Positions 50,574-64,000 of a DNA stretch of 64,000 nucleotides are shown here, piece by piece. Numbering within the stretch: the first letter of the stretch is position 1; the number at the start of each line of letters is the position of its first letter. The position numbers and the translations under genes are program-made. Under the pieces are notes generated by a model. It made no database searches, had not been told where the DNA came from, and worked only from the letters and a program-made list of their open reading frames with translations. Source of the stretch: a bacterium (GTDB lineage Bacteria; UBA8248); assembly GCA_965203325.1 (NCBI GenBank), contig OZ241875.1, positions 352,001 through 416,000 on the forward strand, in the 5' to 3' direction.

Positions 50574-51484
50574 GCGAAGCCCGGGGGTTGTTCGAAGCGC
50601 ACCTGCGCGATGAGCGCGACAGTTCGGAGCACACGGTTCGCGCATACGCGGCGGACTTGAAAGACTTCGATGAGTTCCTCACCGATTGGGCGCAAAAGCC
50701 GGTACCGCTCGCCGAAATCGATTCTGTGGCCGTTCGCGGCTATCTCGGATTTTTGTACCGCAAGGGCGTCTCTCCGACGACGGTGAACCGGCATCTATCG
50801 AGCATACGCAGCCTGTTTCGCTTTTTAAGGCGAGAAGGCTTCTCCGTGGACGACCCGGCGGGGGAAGTGCCCTCCCCTAAAGAAAACAGGCCCTTGCCGA
50901 CGTTCCTGCCCGTAGATGACGCCGTTCGCCTCATGGAGATGCCCGATACGTCGACGCCAGAAGGCGTCCGGGACAAGGCGATTTTCGAGTTGCTCTACGG
51001 GTCGGGGCTGCGGGTGAGCGAATTGACGGGGCTCAACCACTCGGATTTGAACATGGCGGAAAGGCTCATCCGCGTTCGCGGAAAAGGAAGAAAAGAGAGG
51101 ATCGTGCCCATCACCAAGGAGGCGGCCAAAGCCGTAGACAACCACCTCGCTCGGAAAGAAACAGGCGCGCTCGAGGATTCACCGCTTTTCATCAACAAGC
51201 GAAACAAGCGGATTTCTCCGGCCTTCGTGCGCTCCATCTTCCGCGCGTATGAAAAAAAAGGCGGTTTCGGCTATCATTTCACCCCTCATGCCCTCCGCCA
51301 TACGGCGGCGACGCATTTGCTGGAAAGCCAGGAGGCCGACCTGAGATCGATTCAGGAACTGTTGGGGCACGCGAGCCTCTCCACGACGCAAAGATACACG
51401 CAGGTGGATTTCTCACACCTGCGCGCCGTGTATGACGACGCGCACCCTCGGGCAAGAAGAAACGCGAACGAGGACGATAGATGA
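50540..51484 (+). CDS. xerC: Tyrosine recombinase XerC
   Basis: GLRVSE, GKGRKER, HALRH, LLGH, TQRY; topA-trmFO-xerC-hslVU synteny. Confidence 0.92.
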   Translation: MEKQARLTNSLSEARGLFEAHLRDERDSSEHTVRAYAADLKDFDEFLTDWAQKPVPLAEIDSVAVRGYLGFLYRKGVSPTTVNRHLSSIRSLFRFLRREGFSVDDPAGEVPSPKENRPLPTFLPVDDAVRLMEMPDTSTPEGVRDKAIFELLYGSGLRVSELTGLNHSDLNMAERLIRVRGKGRKERIVPITKEAAKAVDNHLARKETGALEDSPLFINKRNKRISPAFVRSIFRAYEKKGGFGYHFTPHALRHTAATHLLESQEADLRSIQELLGHASLSTTQRYTQVDFSHLRAVYDDAHPRARRNANEDDR

Positions 51485-52029
51485 CGACGCCGGGTGAAAC
51501 CATTCGCTCCACTACCATTCTCGCGCTGCGCTACAAGGGGCGAACGGCCCTGGGCGGGGACGGGCAGGTCACCATGGGAAATGCAGCGGTGAAGCACGGC
51601 GCCGTGAAAATACGCAGGCTCGGCGACGGGAAAGTGCTCGCCGGTTTCGCGGGTTCGGCTTCCGACGCCATCGCCCTGTTCGAGCGATTCGAGGGAAAAC
51701 TCGAAGAATTCCGCGGGAACCTCTCCCGCGCCGCCGTGGAGATGGGCAAGGACTGGAGAACGGACAGGGTCTTGCGCCGTCTCGAAGCCCTTCTGGCCGT
51801 TGCGGATGAGGAAACCTCGCTCATCCTCTCGGGTACGGGCGACATCATCGAGCCCGACGACGGCGTTCTCGGAATCGGCAGCGGCGGCCCCATGGCCATC
51901 GCCGCCGCGCGCGGAATCCTGAGTCTGGAGCCCGATCTCGGCGCAGAGGAAATCGTAAAAAAATCTCTGGAAATCGCAGCGGATATCTGCGTCTACACCA
52001 ACAGCAACATTACAGTGGAAACCCTTTGA
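51481..52029 (+). CDS. hslV: HslV protease subunit
   Basis: STTI..., GDGQVT, DWRTDR, GSGG. Confidence 0.97.
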   Translation: MTTPGETIRSTTILALRYKGRTALGGDGQVTMGNAAVKHGAVKIRRLGDGKVLAGFAGSASDAIALFERFEGKLEEFRGNLSRAAVEMGKDWRTDRVLRRLEALLAVADEETSLILSGTGDIIEPDDGVLGIGSGGPMAIAAARGILSLEPDLGAEEIVKKSLEIAADICVYTNSNITVETL

Positions 52030-53387
52030 TGGAAAATCTCACTCCCACACGAATCGTTGAGGAACTCGACCGCTACGTCATCGGCCAGAAAGACGCCAAG
52101 CGAGCGGTGGCGGTTGCGCTCAGAAACCGCTGGCGCAGACAGCAACTCCCGCCCGAGATGGCGGAGGACGTCGCCCCAAAGAACATTATCATGATCGGCC
52201 CCACCGGCGTCGGCAAAACCGAGATCGCCAGACGCCTGGCCAAGCTCGCGAAAAGCCCGTTCATCAAGGTCGAGGCCAGCAAATTCACCGAGGTGGGTTA
52301 CGTGGGCCGCGACGTCGAGAGCATGATTCGCGACCTCGTCGAACTGGCGCGCAACATCGTTCAGGACGAGCAGCGCGATATCAACAAAGCCAAAGCCCAG
52401 GAACTGGCCGAAGATCGCCTGCTGGACCTTCTTCTGCCGCATCCCCCCGGGTTCGGCGCGATGGACGAGCGCGGCCAGTCCCAGGACCCGCTCGGAGAGG
52501 AGAGCTACCAGCGAACGCGGGAGAAGTTTCGCGCCCTGTTGCTCGAAGGAAAGCTCGACGACCGGGAAGTGGAGGTAGAAGTGGCGGACAAAGGCCCCGA
52601 AATCCATTTCATGGGCGGGAGCGATCTGGAGCAGATCGGCATCAACATGAAGGAGATCATGGGAAATTTCATGCCCCAAAGCCCGAAGAGCAGGCGCATG
52701 AAGGTGCCGGAGGCTTTCGAATACCTCGCTCAGGAGGAAGCGGACAAACTCATCGACTCGGACAGCCTGAACGCCGAGGCCATCGAGCGCACCGAGCAGT
52801 CCGGCATCGTGTTCCTCGATGAGGTCGACAAGGTCGCCGCCCAGAACAACGGCAGAGGCGGCCCCGACGTCTCGCGCGAGGGCGTGCAAAGAGACCTGCT
52901 TCCCATCGTGGAAGGCTCCACCGTACAGACAAAGTACGGTCCGGTGAAGACGGACCACATCCTCTTCATCGCGGCGGGAGCATTCCACATGGCCAAACCC
53001 TCGGACCTCCTCCCCGAGCTGCAGGGCCGCTTTCCCATCCGCGTGGAACTCGATTCGCTGGACCGCGACGATTTCATACGCATACTCCAGGAACCGGAAA
53101 ACGCGCTGGTGCGCCAATACCCCGCTCTTCTGGCGACCGAGGGCGTCAACATCGCGTTCGGGGAAGACGCCGTGAAGGAAGTGGCCGACTTCGCCTTCCG
53201 CATCAACGAGCAGACCGAAAACATCGGCGCCAGAAGACTCCACACCATCATGGAACGGCTTCTCGAGGAAATTTCCTTCCGGGCGCCCGAGATGTCAGGT
53301 GAAAACGTGGAGATAGACGCCGCCTACGTGCGCGAGCGCCTCACCGACATCGTCGAAGACCTTGACTTGAGCCGTTATATTCTCTAA
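52029..53387 (+). CDS. hslU: HslU ATPase subunit
   Basis: [29 protein letters not shown]. Confidence 0.97.
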   Translation: MENLTPTRIVEELDRYVIGQKDAKRAVAVALRNRWRRQQLPPEMAEDVAPKNIIMIGPTGVGKTEIARRLAKLAKSPFIKVEASKFTEVGYVGRDVESMIRDLVELARNIVQDEQRDINKAKAQELAEDRLLDLLLPHPPGFGAMDERGQSQDPLGEESYQRTREKFRALLLEGKLDDREVEVEVADKGPEIHFMGGSDLEQIGINMKEIMGNFMPQSPKSRRMKVPEAFEYLAQEEADKLIDSDSLNAEAIERTEQSGIVFLDEVDKVAAQNNGRGGPDVSREGVQRDLLPIVEGSTVQTKYGPVKTDHILFIAAGAFHMAKPSDLLPELQGRFPIRVELDSLDRDDFIRILQEPENALVRQYPALLATEGVNIAFGEDAVKEVADFAFRINEQTENIGARRLHTIMERLLEEISFRAPEMSGENVEIDAAYVRERLTDIVEDLDLSRYIL

Positions 53388-53490
53388 ACCTTCTGCCCCT
53401 CCCCCTTGGCCTTGCGCCTCGGGGGAGTGTATATTCCTCGGCTTATGACGAGAGAGCCGTAGCTCATCGTTTCTTTTTGAAGGTTCAGAC

Positions 53491-54366
53491 ATGGAACCAA
53501 GAGACAGGGCGGCGACGCTGATTGAAGCGCTGCCCTACATCCAACAGTTTGCGGGCAAGACCATCGTCGTCAAATACGGCGGCGCGGCCCAGGTGCAACC
53601 GGAGCTTCACGCCCCCTTCGCCCAGGACATCGTGCTTCTCAAATACGTGGGGATCAACGTGGTCGTCGTCCACGGCGGCGGCCCCCAAATCGGCGAGACC
53701 CTCAAGAAAATCGGCAAGACCAGCGAGTTCATCGAAGGCCTCCGGGTGACGGACGAGGAAACGGTCGGCGTGGTGGAGATGGTGCTTTCCGGCGCGACGA
53801 ACAAGAGCATCGTGAGGCTCATCAACCGGCACGGAGGGAACGCCGTGGGCCTTTCCGGCTCGGACGCCGGCCTCACGACGGCGAAGAAACTGATCATGAG
53901 CAGAAAAGGACCTGGCGGTGAGGACGTGGAATATGATCTGGGGCGCGTCGGCGAGGTCCTGGCCATCAAGCCCGACATCATTCACCATCTCACGGACGGC
54001 GGTTTCATCCCCGTCATCGCGCCCCTGGGTGTGGGGCAGGACGGCAACGTCTACAACATCAACGCCGATTCGGCGGCGGGCGCCATCGCCGGGGCGCTTC
54101 ACGCGGAAAAATTCATCCTCCTGACGGACGTTCCCGGCATTCTGGACGATGACGAGAACCTCATCAGCACCATCAGGCGCGATGACGCCAAAAGGTTCAA
54201 AGAGGAGAAAATCATCACCGGCGGGATGATCCCGAAAGTCGACGCCTGTCTGGACGCGCTCTCATCGAACGTCACGAAAACCCACATCGTCGACGGCAGG
54301 GTTCCGCACGCGGTATTGCTCGAAGTGTTCACGGATGAAGGCGTGGGCACGCAAATCGTCAGATAG
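53491..54366 (+). CDS. argB: Acetylglutamate kinase
   Basis: VVKYGG, VHGGGP, NINAD, GGMIPK. Confidence 0.96.
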   Translation: MEPRDRAATLIEALPYIQQFAGKTIVVKYGGAAQVQPELHAPFAQDIVLLKYVGINVVVVHGGGPQIGETLKKIGKTSEFIEGLRVTDEETVGVVEMVLSGATNKSIVRLINRHGGNAVGLSGSDAGLTTAKKLIMSRKGPGGEDVEYDLGRVGEVLAIKPDIIHHLTDGGFIPVIAPLGVGQDGNVYNINADSAAGAIAGALHAEKFILLTDVPGILDDDENLISTIRRDDAKRFKEEKIITGGMIPKVDACLDALSSNVTKTHIVDGRVPHAVLLEVFTDEGVGTQIVR

Positions 54367-54386
54367 CTTCTTTATTGGGGAAAAGC

Positions 54387-55580
54387 ATGGACAACGCCAC
54401 TTTGATCTCGGACGCCGAACTCAACGTCGCCCCCACCTACGGGCGCTACCCCATCGCGTTGGTCCGTGGCGAGGGATGCCGCGTCTGGGATGCGGACGGT
54501 AAAGAATATCTGGATTTCGTATCCGGTCTGGCGGTGTGCAATCTCGGGCATTGCCACCCCGAGGTCGTGGCCGCCATCAGGGAACAGGCCGGAAAGCTGA
54601 TCCACGTCTCGAACCTCTATCACATCGAACCCCAGATCGAGTTGGCGAAGAGGCTCAACCGGCTCTCTTTCGGCGATAAGGCGTTTTTCTGCAACAGCGG
54701 CACCGAGGCCGTCGAGGCGGCGCTCAAGCTCGCCAGAAAGTATTCGTTCCAAAAATACGGAGAAGGCCGCCACGAGATACTGAGCTTCGACATGAGTTTT
54801 CACGGCAGAACCATGGCGTCGCTCACCGCCACGGGCCAGACGAAATTCCACGGGGCGTTCAAGCCCCTGCTGCCCGGGTTCCGCTACGTGCCATTCGGCG
54901 ATTTGGAATCTGTGGCCGCCTCGGTCTCGGAGCAAACCTGCGCCATCATGGTGGAACCCATCCAGGGCGAGGGCGGCGTGAACGTGCCGCCCGAGGGCTA
55001 TCTCAAGGGTTTGAGGGAGATTTGCGACGCGAACGATTTGTTGCTGCTATTCGATGAGGTGCAGGTCGGACTGGGCAGGACGGGAAAACTCTGGGCGTAC
55101 GAGCACGAGGGCGTCGCGCCCGACGCCATGAGCCTGGCGAAAGCCCTGGCGGGCGGAACCGCCATCGGCGCGCTGGTCGCGTCGGAGAAGGCCATGGCGT
55201 TCGAGCCCGGCGATCATGCCGCGACGTTCGGTGGCAATCCCCTGGCCACCGCCGCGGGATGCGCCGCGATGGACGCCGTCACCGCGCCCGGATTCCTGGA
55301 ACACGTGCAGGAGATGGGGGCATACGCCACCGCCGGACTCAAGGAGTTGGCGACGCGGCACGCCATCATCAAGGATATCAGGGGCAAGGGGCTGATCATC
55401 GGCTGCGAGGTGGACGTGGACGCGACTTCCATCGTCACGAAGGGGCTGGAGACGGGCTTTTTGCTGAACGTGGCCGTCCAGAAGGTCATCCGGCTCATCC
55501 CTCCCCTCGTCGTGGAAAAAGAGATGATCGACAAGCTGATGAATTTCCTGGATGGGGCGCTGGCGGATCTGGCGAAATGA
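54387..55580 (+). CDS. argD: Acetylornithine aminotransferase
   Basis: SFHGRT, EPIQGEGG, DEVQ.G.GRTG, LAKAL; arg operon context. Confidence 0.94.
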   Translation: MDNATLISDAELNVAPTYGRYPIALVRGEGCRVWDADGKEYLDFVSGLAVCNLGHCHPEVVAAIREQAGKLIHVSNLYHIEPQIELAKRLNRLSFGDKAFFCNSGTEAVEAALKLARKYSFQKYGEGRHEILSFDMSFHGRTMASLTATGQTKFHGAFKPLLPGFRYVPFGDLESVAASVSEQTCAIMVEPIQGEGGVNVPPEGYLKGLREICDANDLLLLFDEVQVGLGRTGKLWAYEHEGVAPDAMSLAKALAGGTAIGALVASEKAMAFEPGDHAATFGGNPLATAAGCAAMDAVTAPGFLEHVQEMGAYATAGLKELATRHAIIKDIRGKGLIIGCEVDVDATSIVTKGLETGFLLNVAVQKVIRLIPPLVVEKEMIDKLMNFLDGALADLAK

Positions 55581-56515
55581 AAAAGCTCGACTACCTCACA
55601 GGCTTTGAGCTGAGCGCCGCCCAAACGCTCGAACTCATCGAAGAGGCGCTCGTCCAGAAAAAAGAAACAGCCGAGGGAAAACTCCGCCCCGCGCTGGCGG
55701 GCAAGAACTTCGCGCTCATCTTTGAAAAACACTCCACGAGGACGCGGGTTTCCTTCGAGGCGGGTCTCACCCAACTAGGGGCCAGCACCATTTTCCTCGC
55801 GCCGAACGACACGCAGATCGCCCGGGGAGAAACCCCCGCGGACAGCGCAAAGGTTTTGAGTGAATACGTGGACGGCATCGTCGTCAGGACGTATGCCCAT
55901 GCGCGCGTGGAGGAAATCGCAGTGAACGCGAGCGTTCCCGTCATCAACGGCCTGACGGATCTTCACCACCCCTGCCAAGCCCTCGCCGATTTCCTCACGA
56001 TGCGGGAGCGCTACGGCACGCTCGATGGCCTGAAACTCGCCTATCTGGGAGACGGGAACAACGTGCTGCATTCCCTGCTCATAGTGGGCGCGTTGATAGG
56101 CGTCGACATCAGCGCGGCGTGTCCGAAAGAGTTCTGGCCGGACGCCAGAATTCTGGAGCAGGCCCGGGGTTCTGCGCGAGAATCGAACGCGCATATCCAG
56201 GTTACCGAGGACGCCGAAGAAGCGTGCGCGGGCGCCCACGCCGTGTATACGGACGTGTGGGCTTCCATGGGACAGGAAGCCGAGAACGAACGCCGCCAGA
56301 AAGTCCTGGCCCCGTATCAGGTGAATGGGGAGGTATTCCGGCATACAGATAAAAACGCCGTTTTCATGCACTGCCTTCCCGCACACAGGGGGGAGGAGGT
56401 GACGGCGGAGGTGATCGACGGCCCGAGGAGCGTCGTTTTCACGCAGGCCGGGAACCGGCTCCACGCCCAAAAGATACTCCTTCAAATTCTGGCCGGAGGA
56501 AACGATGGCGCCTAA
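55577..56515 (+). CDS. argF: Ornithine carbamoyltransferase
   Basis: [24 protein letters not shown]. Confidence 0.96.
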   Translation: MKKLDYLTGFELSAAQTLELIEEALVQKKETAEGKLRPALAGKNFALIFEKHSTRTRVSFEAGLTQLGASTIFLAPNDTQIARGETPADSAKVLSEYVDGIVVRTYAHARVEEIAVNASVPVINGLTDLHHPCQALADFLTMRERYGTLDGLKLAYLGDGNNVLHSLLIVGALIGVDISAACPKEFWPDARILEQARGSARESNAHIQVTEDAEEACAGAHAVYTDVWASMGQEAENERRQKVLAPYQVNGEVFRHTDKNAVFMHCLPAHRGEEVTAEVIDGPRSVVFTQAGNRLHAQKILLQILAGGNDGA

Positions 56516-57716
56516 GCCGAGCAGGGTGGTCCTCGCCTATTCCGGCGGGCTGGACACCTCCGTCATGCTCAAGTGGATCAAGGAGACATACGAGTGCCCC
56601 GTCGTGGCCTTTGCGGCGGACGTCGGTCAGGGCGCCGGAGAACTCGACGGCCTGGAGGAAAAGGCGCTGGCCACGGGCGCGGAGTCCTGCCACATCCTGG
56701 ATTTGAGGGAGGAATTCGCGCGCGACTACATCTTCCCCATGCTGCGCGCGGGCGCGGTCTATGAAGGCTCTTATCTGCTGGGGACCTCCATCGCCAGGCC
56801 CCTCATCGCGAAAGGCCACATGGACGTCCTCAAGAAAACAGGGGGCGACGCCGTCGCCCACGGCGCTACGGGCAAGGGGAACGACCAGGTGCGCTTCGAG
56901 TTGACCTACGCCTCCATCGACCCCGACGTCACCATCATCGCGCCCTGGCGCGACTGGGATTTCGGGGGGCGCTCCCATCTCATCGCCTATGCGGAAAGAC
57001 ACGGCATACCGATACCCGTGACGGCGGAAAAACCTTACTCGATGGACAGAAACCTTTTGCACATCAGCTTCGAGGGCGGCGTTCTGGAAGACCCCTGGGC
57101 GGAGCCGCCCGAAGATATGTACGTCTTGAGCGTATCGCCCGAAAATGCGCCCGACGCGCCCGAATACGTCGAAATCGAGTTCGAGAGAGGCGACCCCGTG
57201 GCCCTGAACGGAGAGCCCCTCTCGCCGGTCGCCATGATGGAGCGGTTAAACGCCTTGGCGGGCGCGCACGGCGTGGGCCGGGTGGATCTGGTCGAAAACC
57301 GCTTCGTGGGCATGAAGAGCAGAGGCGTCTACGAGACGCCCGCAGGCACGGTGCTGCATGCGGCGCGCCGGGCCGTGGAATCCCTCACGATGGACCGGGA
57401 AGTGCTGCAACTGCGCGATTCCCTGATCCCCAAATACGCGCAACTCGTCTACAACGGCTTCTGGTTCGCGCCGGAGCGGGAATTCCTGCAATCCGCCATC
57501 GACGGCGCGGCGGAATCGGTCTGCGGCACGGCCCGTGTGAAACTCTACAAGGGTTCCTGCATCGTCGTGGGCAGGAAAGCGCCCGAGAACCTGAATCTCT
57601 ACCGTTCCGACCTCGCCACCTTCGAGGAAGATGCGGTGTATTCCCAGAAAGACGCGGAAGGATTCATCCGCCTGAACGCCCTGCGGCTGCGGGTGCGCGC
57701 ACAACGCGATTCCTAA
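56505..57716 (+). CDS. argG: Argininosuccinate synthase
   Basis: [30 protein letters not shown]. Confidence 0.97.
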   Translation: MAPKPSRVVLAYSGGLDTSVMLKWIKETYECPVVAFAADVGQGAGELDGLEEKALATGAESCHILDLREEFARDYIFPMLRAGAVYEGSYLLGTSIARPLIAKGHMDVLKKTGGDAVAHGATGKGNDQVRFELTYASIDPDVTIIAPWRDWDFGGRSHLIAYAERHGIPIPVTAEKPYSMDRNLLHISFEGGVLEDPWAEPPEDMYVLSVSPENAPDAPEYVEIEFERGDPVALNGEPLSPVAMMERLNALAGAHGVGRVDLVENRFVGMKSRGVYETPAGTVLHAARRAVESLTMDREVLQLRDSLIPKYAQLVYNGFWFAPEREFLQSAIDGAAESVCGTARVKLYKGSCIVVGRKAPENLNLYRSDLATFEEDAVYSQKDAEGFIRLNALRLRVRAQRDS

Positions 57717-57853
57717 TGTAATTCCTGAATCATTCGCTGTATCACACTGAATATATTTTCTATTTCTGAATTTTATTTGGGGATATGTAACCAGACAATC
57801 TTCGCGATCAACAGCCTTTGGTGCCAAACCACTCCGCTCTATATTGAGAAATA

Positions 57854-58783
57854 TCAGGCTTTGGCGGCGGAGCTTCTTTTGCCTCGGGAGCCTCGGCGTG
57901 CCGGCTCCGGCCACGCCAGCAGGATGGGGCTCGCCACATATATCGAGGAATACGTACCAGCCACGATGCCGATAGCCAGGGCGAACGCCACGTCGGAGAT
58001 GATGTCGCCGCCCAGGATGAGGAACGCCAGCACGGCGACCAAGGTCGTTCCCGATGTGAGCAGCGTGCGCGAGAGCGTCTGGTTGATGGATTTGTTGACG
58101 AGTCCTGAAAACTCGGCGCGCCTCGAAGCGCGCGTATTCTCGCGGATGCGATCGAACACGACGATGGTGTCGTTCAGCGAATAACCGATGATCGTCAATA
58201 CGGCGGCCACGATCGGGAGGGAAAACTCCTTGCCGGACAAGGAGAAGACGCCGAGCGTGATGATGACGTCGTGCAACAGCGCCACGACCGAGGCGATGGC
58301 CTGGCGAAACTGAAACCGGAAGCTGATGTAGATCAGGATACCGATGAGAGCGAACAGCATGCTGCTGAGCGCCTTCTGGCGTAAATCTGCACCCACTTTG
58401 GGCCCCACCATCTCGGTTCTGCGCATCTCGAATGCGTCTTTGCCGAATTTCTTGATGAGCGCGGTTTTCACGACGGATTCGACGCCCTTGATGTCGCCCG
58501 AGCTTTTCTCCACGCGAATCAGGAACTCCCCCTCGGAGCCGAAATTCTGGATGACCGTATCGCCCAAAGCGAGTCCTGCGAGGGCGCTTCGCACGTCGCC
58601 AATCGGCTTGGCTTGCTTGAATTGCACCTGCACCAGCGTTCCGCCGGTGAAATCGATGCCGTAGTTGATCCCCTTGGTCATCAGCAGGAGAAGTGACAAC
58701 ACGACGAACGCGGTGGAGACGCCGACGAAGAGCTTGATCTTGCCGATGATGTCGAACGATGCGTCTGGCCGGATAATTTCCAT
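57854..58783 (-). CDS. secF: Protein translocase subunit SecF
   Basis: GIDFTGG, VGPKVG, GYSLNDTIVVFDRIRE. Confidence 0.97.
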   Translation of the reverse strand: MEIIRPDASFDIIGKIKLFVGVSTAFVVLSLLLLMTKGINYGIDFTGGTLVQVQFKQAKPIGDVRSALAGLALGDTVIQNFGSEGEFLIRVEKSSGDIKGVESVVKTALIKKFGKDAFEMRRTEMVGPKVGADLRQKALSSMLFALIGILIYISFRFQFRQAIASVVALLHDVIITLGVFSLSGKEFSLPIVAAVLTIIGYSLNDTIVVFDRIRENTRASRRAEFSGLVNKSINQTLSRTLLTSGTTLVAVLAFLILGGDIISDVAFALAIGIVAGTYSSIYVASPILLAWPEPARRGSRGKRSSAAKA

Positions 58784-60333
58784 TAGATGCTCAAGCTCCT
58801 CACGTCGGTTCGGTACAAGAAGAAGTCATAGACGAATCGGGTGACGAAGATCGCGGTGAACATGCTCGCCACGATGCCGATGCTCAAGGTGACGGCGAAT
58901 CCCTTGATGGGTCCCGTCCCGAACTGCAGGAGAACCAGTGCGGCGATGAGCGTCGTTACGTTCGCGTCCAGAATGGTGAGGAAAGCCTTGCCGTACCCCG
59001 AATCGATGGCGGAGCGGATGGTTTTCCCCAGGCGCAACTCTTCCCTGACGCGCTCGAAAATCAGGACGTTGGCGTCCACCGCCATACCGACCGTGAGCAC
59101 GATGCCGGCGATTCCCGGCAGGGTCAGCGTGGCGCCGAAAAACCCGAGCGCGCCCATGAGGATCAGCAGGTTGAACAAAAGCGCCATGATGGCCACCGCG
59201 CCGCTCAACTTGTAATAAATGGCCATGAATATCAGAACGAGAGCAAACCCGACGATGATGCTGATGAGCCCCTGGCGCACCGAATCGGCTCCCAGCGAAG
59301 GCCCGACATTTCTCTCTTCCAGAACTTCCACCGGAGCAGGGAGCGCCCCGGCTCTCAGCGCGATCGCCAAGTCCGTCGCCTCTTCGAGCGTGAAACTCCC
59401 CGTTATCTGCGCCCTGCCCTGGCTGATTCGCTCCTGAATGACGGGCGCGCTGTAGATGACGCCGTCGAGCACGATGGCGAGGCGCCTGCCCACGTTGGCC
59501 GCCGTGAGGCGGTCGAACGCATCCCCCCCCACGGAATCGAACGCAATAGCCACGTAGGACTGGTTGAAGCGATCTCCGATTTCCACGCGCGCATCGGTGA
59601 GGTTGTCCCCGGTCAGGGCGGCTTCTCTTTTCACCAGCAAGGGCGTCCGTTCGAGCACCTCGCCCGTCTGACTGTCTCTGGTCACCTGATACAGAAGCTG
59701 GAGCCCTTCGGGCGCGCGGCCGCGTTCTACCGCGCTTGCGACGTTGGCCTGGCTGTCCACCATCTTGAACTCTAAGAGCGCCGTTTTCCCGATCAGAGAC
59801 TTCGCCCGGGAGGGGTCTTCCACGCCCGGAAGCTGGATGATGATGCGGCGCTCTCCCTGGCGCTGGAGCGTGGGCTCCCGCACGCCGAACTGATCGATGC
59901 GGTTCCGAATCGTCTCGAGCGCCTGGATGATGGCCTGCTCCTTCGTGCGCTCCACCTGTTGTGAGGAGAGGAAATACTCGAACGTCGGCGGGGTTCCCTC
60001 TTCACGCTGCAGGGTGAGGTCCGGGTAATTCTGCATCATCGAGAGGAAACGGCCCCTGTCGCCGGGGCGATGCAGGGTCACGGCCAGCCTCAAGCCGTCG
60101 CGCTTGAAGGTCCGGGTCCTGATGTCGTCTATGGTAAGGCGGTTTCGAAGCTCCGTGAAGTAGCGGCTCATCTTCGATTCCACCGCTTTTTCGGATTGCA
60201 CCTCAAGGACCAGATGAATCCCGCCCTGCAGATCAAGGCCTAAGTTGATGCGCTCGGCCGGAGGAATCAGATAAAACGCGGAGACGGCGATTACGATGGC
60301 TATCAGACCCGCCCGCCAGCTTGCACCCCTCAT
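58783..60333 (-). CDS. secD: Protein translocase subunit SecD
   Basis: LGLDLQGG, VGPSLG, GMAVDANVLIFER. Confidence 0.97.
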   Translation of the reverse strand: MRGASWRAGLIAIVIAVSAFYLIPPAERINLGLDLQGGIHLVLEVQSEKAVESKMSRYFTELRNRLTIDDIRTRTFKRDGLRLAVTLHRPGDRGRFLSMMQNYPDLTLQREEGTPPTFEYFLSSQQVERTKEQAIIQALETIRNRIDQFGVREPTLQRQGERRIIIQLPGVEDPSRAKSLIGKTALLEFKMVDSQANVASAVERGRAPEGLQLLYQVTRDSQTGEVLERTPLLVKREAALTGDNLTDARVEIGDRFNQSYVAIAFDSVGGDAFDRLTAANVGRRLAIVLDGVIYSAPVIQERISQGRAQITGSFTLEEATDLAIALRAGALPAPVEVLEERNVGPSLGADSVRQGLISIIVGFALVLIFMAIYYKLSGAVAIMALLFNLLILMGALGFFGATLTLPGIAGIVLTVGMAVDANVLIFERVREELRLGKTIRSAIDSGYGKAFLTILDANVTTLIAALVLLQFGTGPIKGFAVTLSIGIVASMFTAIFVTRFVYDFFLYRTDVRSLSI

Positions 60334-60414
60334 GAAACTCTCCTTACGCCGGGTGGCTCCACGCCGCCCGTACCGGAAACCATTTCACCGGGTGAAGGCG
60401 AAATGACTTCATTT

Positions 60415-60807
60415 TTATTTTTCTGGTTTTTCTTTCTGGGGAGCCTTGTTCTGCTCCGCATTCGCGCTCGAACCCGCAGCCGTCACAAAAGACCTCTGCA
60501 CGCGAATACGCACGTTTTCATCCACTTTGAGTGTCACGATGTCGTCTTTGATTCTCGCCACTTCTCCCAGAATTCCACTCGCGACGACCTGATCTCCGGG
60601 CTTGAGGGCCTCCTGCATCCTCTTGATTTCCTGCTGCCTCTTCTGTTGGGGCCTGATCATGATGAAATAGATGATGGCGAAAATCATCAGGAACGGCGCC
60701 AGTTGAATCAGGAAACTGGGCTGCCCGCCACCCCCGCCGGAAGGAGGAGCCATGGCGTACGCAACAGAAGTATCCGCCAACCATGCCGCAATAGAATCCA
60801 ACATCAT
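60415..60807 (-). CDS. yajC: Preprotein translocase subunit YajC
   Basis: YFIMIRPQQKR, LKPGDQVVASG. Confidence 0.93.
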   Translation of the reverse strand: MMLDSIAAWLADTSVAYAMAPPSGGGGGQPSFLIQLAPFLMIFAIIYFIMIRPQQKRQQEIKRMQEALKPGDQVVASGILGEVARIKDDIVTLKVDENVRIRVQRSFVTAAGSSANAEQNKAPQKEKPEK

Positions 60808-60906
60808 CTACATCTCCATAAATAAAGCGCTTCGCCTGTCCTCATAGCCAAGGCTTCGTAGCAAAGCCCCCGCTCCTTGTCAACAAAGGCATTAAGAATC
60901 AGTCGC

Positions 60907-62861
<1,955 letters not shown>

Positions 62862-62893
62862 TGCCGCTCTCGCCTCTGCAGAACAACCACTCG

Positions 62894-64000
62894 CTACAAC
62901 TTGCGAACATGAGTCACCCGGCCCTCTCGCAAATAGATTCTCGGCACGCGGACGCCCACACCGCACATGATCTCATAGGGTATCGTTTCGGCCCTGTCGG
63001 CCAACTCCTCGCAACTGACGGCTCCATCGCCCCCCTCTCCCAGCAGGACGACTTCGTCTCCCGGCGCGATGGTTTCGATATTCGTCACATCGAGCGCCAG
63101 CATATCCATGGATACGCGCCCCGCCACCGGAACCCGCACGCCGCCCGCCAGCGCATCCGCACGGCTGGAAAGAATGCGCGGATAGCCATCCCCATATCCC
63201 GCCGCCACGATTGCGATTCGACCGGGAGAACTTCTCTCATAAGTTCCGCCGTATCCGACCGGCCGGCCTGCTTCGACCTCTTTCATCTGCAGCACCCTCG
63301 CGGCCCACGTCATGGCGGTTTTGAGAGCGGTGCTCTTCGAAAACTGAGGCGAGCAGCCATACAGCGCGATGCCCAGGCGCACGAGATTGCCGGGCGCTCG
63401 GGGATAATTCAGCAAGCCCGCGCTGTTCGCCATGTGGACATGGGGGGGAAGCAGATTCTTCTCCCGAAGCACATGGACCAGCGCTTCCATCTCGTGAATC
63501 TGCGCGCCCGTCGCGTCCTTTCCATCTTCTTCGTCCGCCCGGGCGAAGTGGCTCATCAGCCCGGCAACCTCGACCCCTTCCTCCCGGGATGCCCGCTCGA
63601 TGAAATCGACGGCCTCGGCAGGGCGCAACCCCAGGCGCCCCATCCCCGTATCCACCTTGACGTGGATTCCCGCTTTTTTGCCCGCTCCTCTCGCCGCGCC
63701 CGCCAGGCCCTCCATCTGCTCCACGTGCCAGACGGCGGCGTCGCAACCCGCATCGACCAGCCTTTTCGCGTTATACGCCAACGTATCGCTCATCACCAAT
63801 ATGCGCGCATCGGCGAATCCCTCTCCCGCCCCGTCGGCGCGTAGCGATTCCGCCTCTTCCACCGCCGCCACGCCGAACCATCTGGCGCCCGCTTCATATA
63901 CGGCGCGAGCGACCTCTACGCCCCCGTGCCCGTAGCCCTCCGCCTTCACGACGGCGAACGGCTCCTGAGAATGGAGCAGACTCGTCAGATTTTTATAGTT
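62894..64000 (-). CDS. alr: Alanine racemase, 5'-truncated by window edge
   Basis: AVVKAEGYGHG, DTGMGRLG, VGYG, GYGDG, GRVSMD, TIPYE. Confidence 0.95.
   Translation of the reverse strand, partial: NYKNLTSLLHSQEPFAVVKAEGYGHGGVEVARAVYEAGARWFGVAAVEEAESLRADGAGEGFADARILVMSDTLAYNAKRLVDAGCDAAVWHVEQMEGLAGAARGAGKKAGIHVKVDTGMGRLGLRPAEAVDFIERASREEGVEVAGLMSHFARADEEDGKDATGAQIHEMEALVHVLREKNLLPPHVHMANSAGLLNYPRAPGNLVRLGIALYGCSPQFSKSTALKTAMTWAARVLQMKEVEAGRPVGYGGTYERSSPGRIAIVAAGYGDGYPRILSSRADALAGGVRVPVAGRVSMDMLALDVTNIETIAPGDEVVLLGEGGDGAVSCEELADRAETIPYEIMCGVGVRVPRIYLREGRVTHVRKL

Noticed and set aside
57717..57853. AT-rich gap between argG and secF; argH absent
   Set aside because: No repeat or RNA structure recognised, and split arg operons are common.

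Overview
GC-rich bacterial chromosome segment with a deltaproteobacterial/Nitrospinota-like gene order (inference only). The first ~27 kb is accessory metabolism: a partial SDR, an AT-richer orphan gene, a divergent SucCD-like ADP-forming acyl-CoA ligase facing a TAXI TRAP transporter, four PLP enzymes, a DNA-repair-type radical SAM gene, tRNA-Glu(CTC), a nitroreductase, an AhpD/CMD-family gene and a seven-gene sulfur-carrier operon (cysK, MoaD/CysO-like Ubl, ThiF-like, cysM, JAB/Mec, MoeB-like, Rrf2). The rest is mostly housekeeping: glgP, ppiD, mreBCD-mrdA-rodA, a radical SAM fusion, rng, cpoB, dprA-topA-trmFO-xerC-hslVU, argBDFG, secFD-yajC-tgt, mlaF and a partial alr. Main observations: (1) the two E1-like genes have complementary defects. 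One keeps the ATP/Zn catalytic motifs but lacks the N-terminal arginine-finger segment, and the other keeps that segment and the dimer helix but has lost the catalytic motifs. This suggests a bacterial heterodimeric E1 analogous to eukaryotic SAE1/SAE2 or APPBP1/UBA3, acting on a C-terminally masked Ubl (GG-L) with a JAB protease. (2) The AhpD gene, split in the ORF track, reads through an in-frame UGA as a CxxU selenoprotein with a SECIS-like hairpin. (3) Small composite elements carry GTAG-REP doublets inside IS-like ends. (4) rodA has a 1-nt frameshift that is probably an artefact. All functional calls come from motif reading by eye; no searches were run.
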